NCBI GenBank assembly: GCA_040776945.1
Contig: JAXGZN010000002.1
Location: forward strand, 32,001-96,000
Direction: 5' to 3'
Length of the DNA: 64,000 nt
From: Methanomassiliicoccaceae archaeon
GTDB taxonomy: Archaea; Thermoplasmatota; Thermoplasmata; Methanomassiliicoccales; Methanomassiliicoccaceae
Shown here: positions 60,801 to 64,000 of the stretch, piece after piece
Layout: the number at the start of each line of letters is the position of its first letter
How positions within the stretch are numbered: the stretch's first letter is position 1
Notes under the pieces: generated by a model
What the model saw: the letters and a program-made list of their open reading frames with translations, nothing else
What the model was told of the DNA's origin: nothing
Database searches by the model: none
Translations under genes and position numbers: made by a program

Positions 60801-62207
60801 AACCCCAGGCGTTGTGATGCTCTTGGTCACGCCATTGAGATCGCTGATATGGAGGACCTTCTGCCCTTCATAGGCCGTGGCAATGATTCCCACGGACACG
60901 TCACCAGCGCAGACAAGCTTGGGCTGGCCGCTTTCCACGAGCCTGACTCCGTCAGCATTTCTCATCTTTGAATCGGAATACTTGTAGAACTCAACGGTCG
61001 GTTTTGTACCAGCACTTCCCGATGATAGAACGTATGCCCCGATATCAATGACAGAGGCCTTGATCGATCCGCTGTTGACAGGGAACTGGGAAATAGCGCT
61101 TGAGTCCAATCCGCTCCCCTTGTGAACATACAGTCTCGCCTGGTTCGCGGTCATGGAGAGCACCATGAGGTCGGAGGACGATGCTCCGGAAACCCCTCCG
61201 ACGGCCAGCGATGTAGCGCCGTTGAACGAAAATGTCTGGCTGGGAGATGCAGAGATGCCTCCTTTGTTCTCCCTGATCTCGATCTGCTTGGAATCCATCC
61301 CATACTTGATGGTGACCAGGTCCTTGACCGTACCACTCCCGGAGTAATCCATGAACTTGATGTCTGCGATGGGCCCTCCGATGTCCAACGCAGAAGGGGA
61401 CCAGGAGGTCGAGAAAGTAGCTGGCTGAGTGAGGACCACAATGGAGCTACCATAGGCATCACCGGCGATAAGGTCCAGGCGACCATCACTATTAACATGG
61501 CCTGCAGTAAGTAGCTTGAGCTGGCTGAAGCCAGACAACTCAATATGCTTCTTGTCTGCGAGATTAATAAACGGCTGCCTCAGCAAAATGATGACGGCCG
61601 GATCCGTGCTCTCGGGTGCCCCCCCTCGGCATATAACGGCTAGTCCATTGGATCCAGAGTTGGAGAAATCGCCAATGACGATCTGCCACGGGTCATTATA
61701 GGTCTGTATCTGCAGATCTGCTAATGCGGAGAACGAGTTCTTTTGATAGAAGATCCCCACGCGGGGAAGGGAATTGGTCTGGTCAATGTAGGTGGCCGCG
61801 ATATCGTCTTTACCGTCACCGTCGAGGTCACCCACCGCGATCTTTCGAACATCGCTCATGACCAACGGAAGAGAGAACGAGGCTCCCAGCGTACCATTGC
61901 CGACGCCGTAATAAATCGTAATCTTGGTATCGGACGCGACCACCACATCCGGGATGCCATCATTGTTAAGGTCCCCTGTCGCCATATCCCTTACGCTGAT
62001 CAGATCGAGCGGGTACGATATCACGTGGTCGTTGAACACCGTGCCGCTCTTGAACAGGTTCTCGTTGGAATAATGGGAGGCTCCTGCGCCGGTGTCGTTC
62101 TCAAGGGAAACATGAGGCGGAGCTAGAAAGATGGCGAACGGAACGAGTAGAAGCAACGCCGCCGTGAACGTCGAGAGCGTGCAAGCTAAGGTTTTTTGTT
62201 TGTTCAT
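57897..62207 (-). CDS. Large cell-surface protein: FG-GAP repeats, PKD domains, single TM, cytoplasmic longin/roadblock-like domain and Zn ribbon
   Basis: N-terminal signal/TM; repeated GDLNNDG/GDLDGDG/GDFDGNG; PKD W(D/N)(F/L)GD motifs; TM near 58490-58550; tail VDDVFIIYNDG... and CSYC...CPKCG; start may be up to 62237. Confidence 0.88.
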   Translation of the reverse strand: MNKQKTLACTLSTFTAALLLLVPFAIFLAPPHVSLENDTGAGASHYSNENLFKSGTVFNDHVISYPLDLISVRDMATGDLNNDGIPDVVVASDTKITIYYGVGNGTLGASFSLPLVMSDVRKIAVGDLDGDGKDDIAATYIDQTNSLPRVGIFYQKNSFSALADLQIQTYNDPWQIVIGDFSNSGSNGLAVICRGGAPESTDPAVIILLRQPFINLADKKHIELSGFSQLKLLTAGHVNSDGRLDLIAGDAYGSSIVVLTQPATFSTSWSPSALDIGGPIADIKFMDYSGSGTVKDLVTIKYGMDSKQIEIRENKGGISASPSQTFSFNGATSLAVGGVSGASSSDLMVLSMTANQARLYVHKGSGLDSSAISQFPVNSGSIKASVIDIGAYVLSSGSAGTKPTVEFYKYSDSKMRNADGVRLVESGQPKLVCAGDVSVGIIATAYEGQKVLHISDLNGVTKSITTPGVPTSLFIGDLDGDGIGDLAVAFQSEDRVWALKGSGNFMSSASPVELQLGPHLTQPLSLTGGRLEAIGKNVLVVGGHDNIDVIYGPLSGSPVHEVIGTSYPGNRVDVAFGSIDPSGAGSGIAALNSNSGRIELYYVKGSPSIGDCYDSSYSASLLTPGFTPTSIAVGDFDGNGRDDVAVTTTSAQIKIFSNTGAGFTASSLPTASITLPGAAAQVRSGDLNDDGKDDLAVRYSSIAEIGIWLSRGSMIFSNPFDMTAGGVASGIAIADIDRDGRVDIAASSSTSKALSYWLQKDLAPDANLWYSPAILEVGETVSFDASNSTDSASDLSSLIYRWDFGDGNTSDLKFVRHQYTEKGAYSCSLTVTDRSGLADRIDFLVTVNKPMEARIWASKFSPLKGETIYLQDVSDVPNGVRSRAWDLGDGRTSTEPDVSVSYALPGYYNITLTVTDTTGRASNATLMLSVVQGTNPIEGLAANGGGTSFFMDQEILFELRTTSGGAPMVGFVWDMDYDVVAGFKANTGITINQTTWSYSTPGEHTVCVRNYNLNPFVEEYLTVYIMNARPVADIKVNMEGYGNFTFDASGSWDTATDNSSLRYRWNFGDIHGWTPFSNETRVVQNYTADGTYIVILEVMDQHGLVGSATYRAVVDSSPPAILLDSGMLASQVYRGDDLVIKVNVTDPSGVDRVLLVYTSNNETKTLIMSRVSGTDTYVATIPAADVTAGLTYYIEAVDSDGIGIKSAIMGISLTDRPDSLLIYLLLCAGAVLGAFSLMYHRARMVVDDVFIIYNDGNLMAHQTRRLKPGVDDQILGSMLVAIQNFVKDSFKDEASTGLNRMDFGEKKVLVEKGDHIYLAVVLHGKREGRVPQRMREAISKAENDYYEALAGWDGDLEKVRGIKDETDPLLRTGLRDIMPSIPFIGKESAPPVEMTVCSYCETTYPASEPKCPKCGTVEKAKARSEDAVEGAGEPAA

Positions 62208-62258
62208 CCGCATCCCTCGATGACCAGCGGAAATCATTATAAGCGTATATAATTCTAT

Positions 62259-62330
62259 TTAAATGATAATTGCTGATCAATACCGACCGCTCCAGAGGGC
62301 GTTTTTCGATATTATCATTTAATAATGATA
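62259..62330. promoter_or_regulatory. Inverted repeats in the divergent promoter of the surface protein and wHTH gene
   Basis: TTAAATGATAAT (62259-62270) / ATTATCATTTAA (62311-62322); TATCATT-TAAT-AATGATA (62313-62330). Confidence 0.45.
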
Positions 62331-62399
62331 TCAACGCGGATAATCTGAAAATGACCCTTTTATATGGTGCCGTTGGTGGCTAGATCAGGATGGGATGCA

Positions 62400-62786
62400 A
62401 TGTACTTCGACCTAGCTCAGCTGGCATGTGATATCGATAGCAGGAAGATCCTCTCGACGATCGACACAAAGCCCAGATCAGCACGCGAGATCGCCGCGAT
62501 AACAAACCTATCGGTCTCTCGGACGTATCGCATGGTCAAGGAAATGGAACATATGAACATCCTGAACCGAACAGACCCCGACAGCCGGATCACCTATTAT
62601 GTCTCGAACCTGCGTTCGGTAGAGCTAAGCCTTGAGGACGACCGGCTGGAACTGGTCATCAATTATCGCGACGGATCCAGGACCGAGATGAGGATGGACG
62701 CCGGAGAATTGGAACGGACCGCTCAGGGGCCCTACTCTCAGGCCCTTTTCGCCGAGGGCTCCAGCGAACCTTCCACGGCTGCGTAG
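62400..62786 (+). CDS. ArsR-like winged-HTH protein
   Basis: SRKIL....KPRSAREIA....LSVSRTYRMVKEM, YYVSNL. Confidence 0.78.
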   Translation: MYFDLAQLACDIDSRKILSTIDTKPRSAREIAAITNLSVSRTYRMVKEMEHMNILNRTDPDSRITYYVSNLRSVELSLEDDRLELVINYRDGSRTEMRMDAGELERTAQGPYSQALFAEGSSEPSTAA

Positions 62787-63034
62787 ATGGACTCGGCCAT
62801 CTCTGCGGCCCTCTCCTTTCTTTCCGAGCCTGTCAGCAGCATGCGGCCGCTGGCGTAGAACGTGACCTCATGATGGTGGCCTTTGGCTATGACCATCAGG
62901 CCCTGGGAAACGACCTCATATCCTTTGCTCTCCAAGAGCTTGGCCGCCACGTCAAGGTCATACCTCAGCATCTGGGTGGGAACGATCGATACTGCCTCTT
63001 CCTTGCATAGGCGGATCACTTTGAACCTGACCAC
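62738..63034 (-). CDS. Small hypothetical protein
   Basis: Overlaps the upstream kinase stop; EVTFYASGRMLLTG beta-hairpin motif. Confidence 0.65.
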   Translation of the reverse strand: MVRFKVIRLCKEEAVSIVPTQMLRYDLDVAAKLLESKGYEVVSQGLMVIAKGHHHEVTFYASGRMLLTGSERKERAAEMAESIYAAVEGSLEPSAKRA

Positions 63035-63564
63035 GTTCTCCGCAGCTCCTCAAACGCGCTTTCCCTGAACCTCTCCAGGGTGTCTTCGTTAACTATCATG
63101 ACATCGGCCATGGCGATAAGGGACCCCAGGCCCCAGCCGAGCTCCCGCATGTCTCTCTCCCGGAAGGCCTCTGGATCACTCGGGGCATCGTAACGGGCTC
63201 GCCTCTGCAGCCTGTGAAAGCGCTTCTCCGGGGAGGTATGGATGGCGACCAATCTCAGTCCGCTCCCCAGGGCACGGCGGAACACCTCAAGCTCGGCGAG
63301 GCTTCTGGAGCCATCTATGATGACGTCCCCTTCCCCCAGCACTTGGAGGCATCTCTCGGCCCATATGCCCGGGCCTCGGGCCTCGCGCTCCTTATTGGCG
63401 AAGCCGCCCACCCCCCGCTCGTCCATGGTGGCCCCTTGGCGCTCGGCCTCCTCCCTGACCACATCCCCCATCCGGATGACATCGTAACCTGCCTTCAGGG
63501 CAACCTGCACGAACTCCTCCTTGCCCGCTCCGGGCATACCCGTTAGAATGATCACTCTAGCCAA
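63016..63564 (-). CDS. UPF0200 / dephospho-CoA-kinase-like P-loop kinase
   Basis: LTGMPGAGK, MGDVVREE, IDG.RS..E, RD.REL..G; TTG start inferred. Confidence 0.85.
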   Translation of the reverse strand: MARVIILTGMPGAGKEEFVQVALKAGYDVIRMGDVVREEAERQGATMDERGVGGFANKEREARGPGIWAERCLQVLGEGDVIIDGSRSLAELEVFRRALGSGLRLVAIHTSPEKRFHRLQRRARYDAPSDPEAFRERDMRELGWGLGSLIAMADVMIVNEDTLERFRESAFEELRRTWSGSK

Positions 63565-63787
63565 AAGAACGACCTGCTGCACCGTTGAAGGCCAATTACA
63601 TACTAGTTCTTTTCTTGCCCCTCTCATCGCGAAAGCTCACCGCGTCCCCCCGGTCTCTGGCCGATGGGACCGATGACTGGTTTGACTTTAAATTTTGGTT
63701 TTCTGCCCCCTTACATTTATAATCATGCTCTCGCTTATCTACATTACACCTGGAAGGACCAGATAGAACTGGCAGCTCCAGGCTCCA

Positions 63788-64000
63788 ATGACTGGAGGAA
63801 GGCAGTTGCAGGACGCCAAGTCGGTCGAGAACATCCTTGAGGAGATCATCAACGGGGAATTTCCCCAGGGTAAGAGCATTCAGAGCGTCTCCATAGTATC
63901 CAAGACTGGACTGATGGTGGCAGGGAAGGCCGCATCATCGGCCAGGGCTGAAACTTTCTCGGCCATGGCCGCGATCATGTTCTCGGCGGCGGAGGCCACC
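63788..64000 (+). CDS. Roadblock/LC7 (MglB-like) domain protein, 5' part (runs off the window)
   Basis: Manual translation ...ENILEEII...IQSVSIVSKTGLMVAG.....AETFSAMAAIMFSAAEAT. Confidence 0.8.
   Translation, partial: MTGGRQLQDAKSVENILEEIINGEFPQGKSIQSVSIVSKTGLMVAGKAASSARAETFSAMAAIMFSAAEAT

Noticed and set aside
1-64000. Many long overlapping ORFs in the track (e.g. 2144-3127, 4666-5631, 32468-33508, 50369-51625, 53287-54219)
   Set aside because: Antisense or alternate-frame shadows of well-supported genes, expected at high GC; no recognisable motifs
1-64000. CRISPR arrays, transposases, prophage or defence systems
   Set aside because: No regularly spaced repeats or recognisable mobile/defence genes seen by eye

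Overview
GC-rich archaeal chromosome segment, most consistent with a Methanomassiliicoccales (Thermoplasmata) methanogen. Evidence for this: archaeal informational genes (radA, radB, aIF-2alpha, L44e, S27e, nop10, archaeal CCA enzyme, Bud32, XPD), ether-lipid genes (GGGP and DGGGP synthases, GGPP synthase, IDI-2, IP kinase), an MtaA-type methyltransferase, a MEDS sensor and a stand-alone 5S rRNA. Most of the window is housekeeping, plus tRNA-Tyr (intron-containing), tRNA-Pro and a frameshifted pdxT pseudogene. Three accessory areas stand out. (1) At 7.0-16.9 kb there is a cluster of an MT2-type methyltransferase, a DUF4258-like/YgiT-type Zn-finger fusion, a Tes/TrsS-family multi-cluster radical SAM enzyme, a Cys-rich protein, DUF169, a MEDS-PAS-coiled-coil-HisKA-REC protein lacking a HATPase domain, and a PaaK-like ligase; the methyltransferase and radical SAM promoters share a GCAACA-N-TGTTGC palindrome. 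This is the best candidate for an undescribed system. (2) At 38.2-44.5 kb there is a PAS/histidine-kinase array with an apparently split sensor and a 4-Cys PAS domain. (3) At 57.9-64 kb there is an integrin-alpha-like FG-GAP/PKD single-pass protein with a cytoplasmic longin/roadblock-like domain, near a roadblock/LC7 gene. No CRISPR array, integrase or transposase was seen. All family assignments come from motif recognition by eye; no database searches were run.
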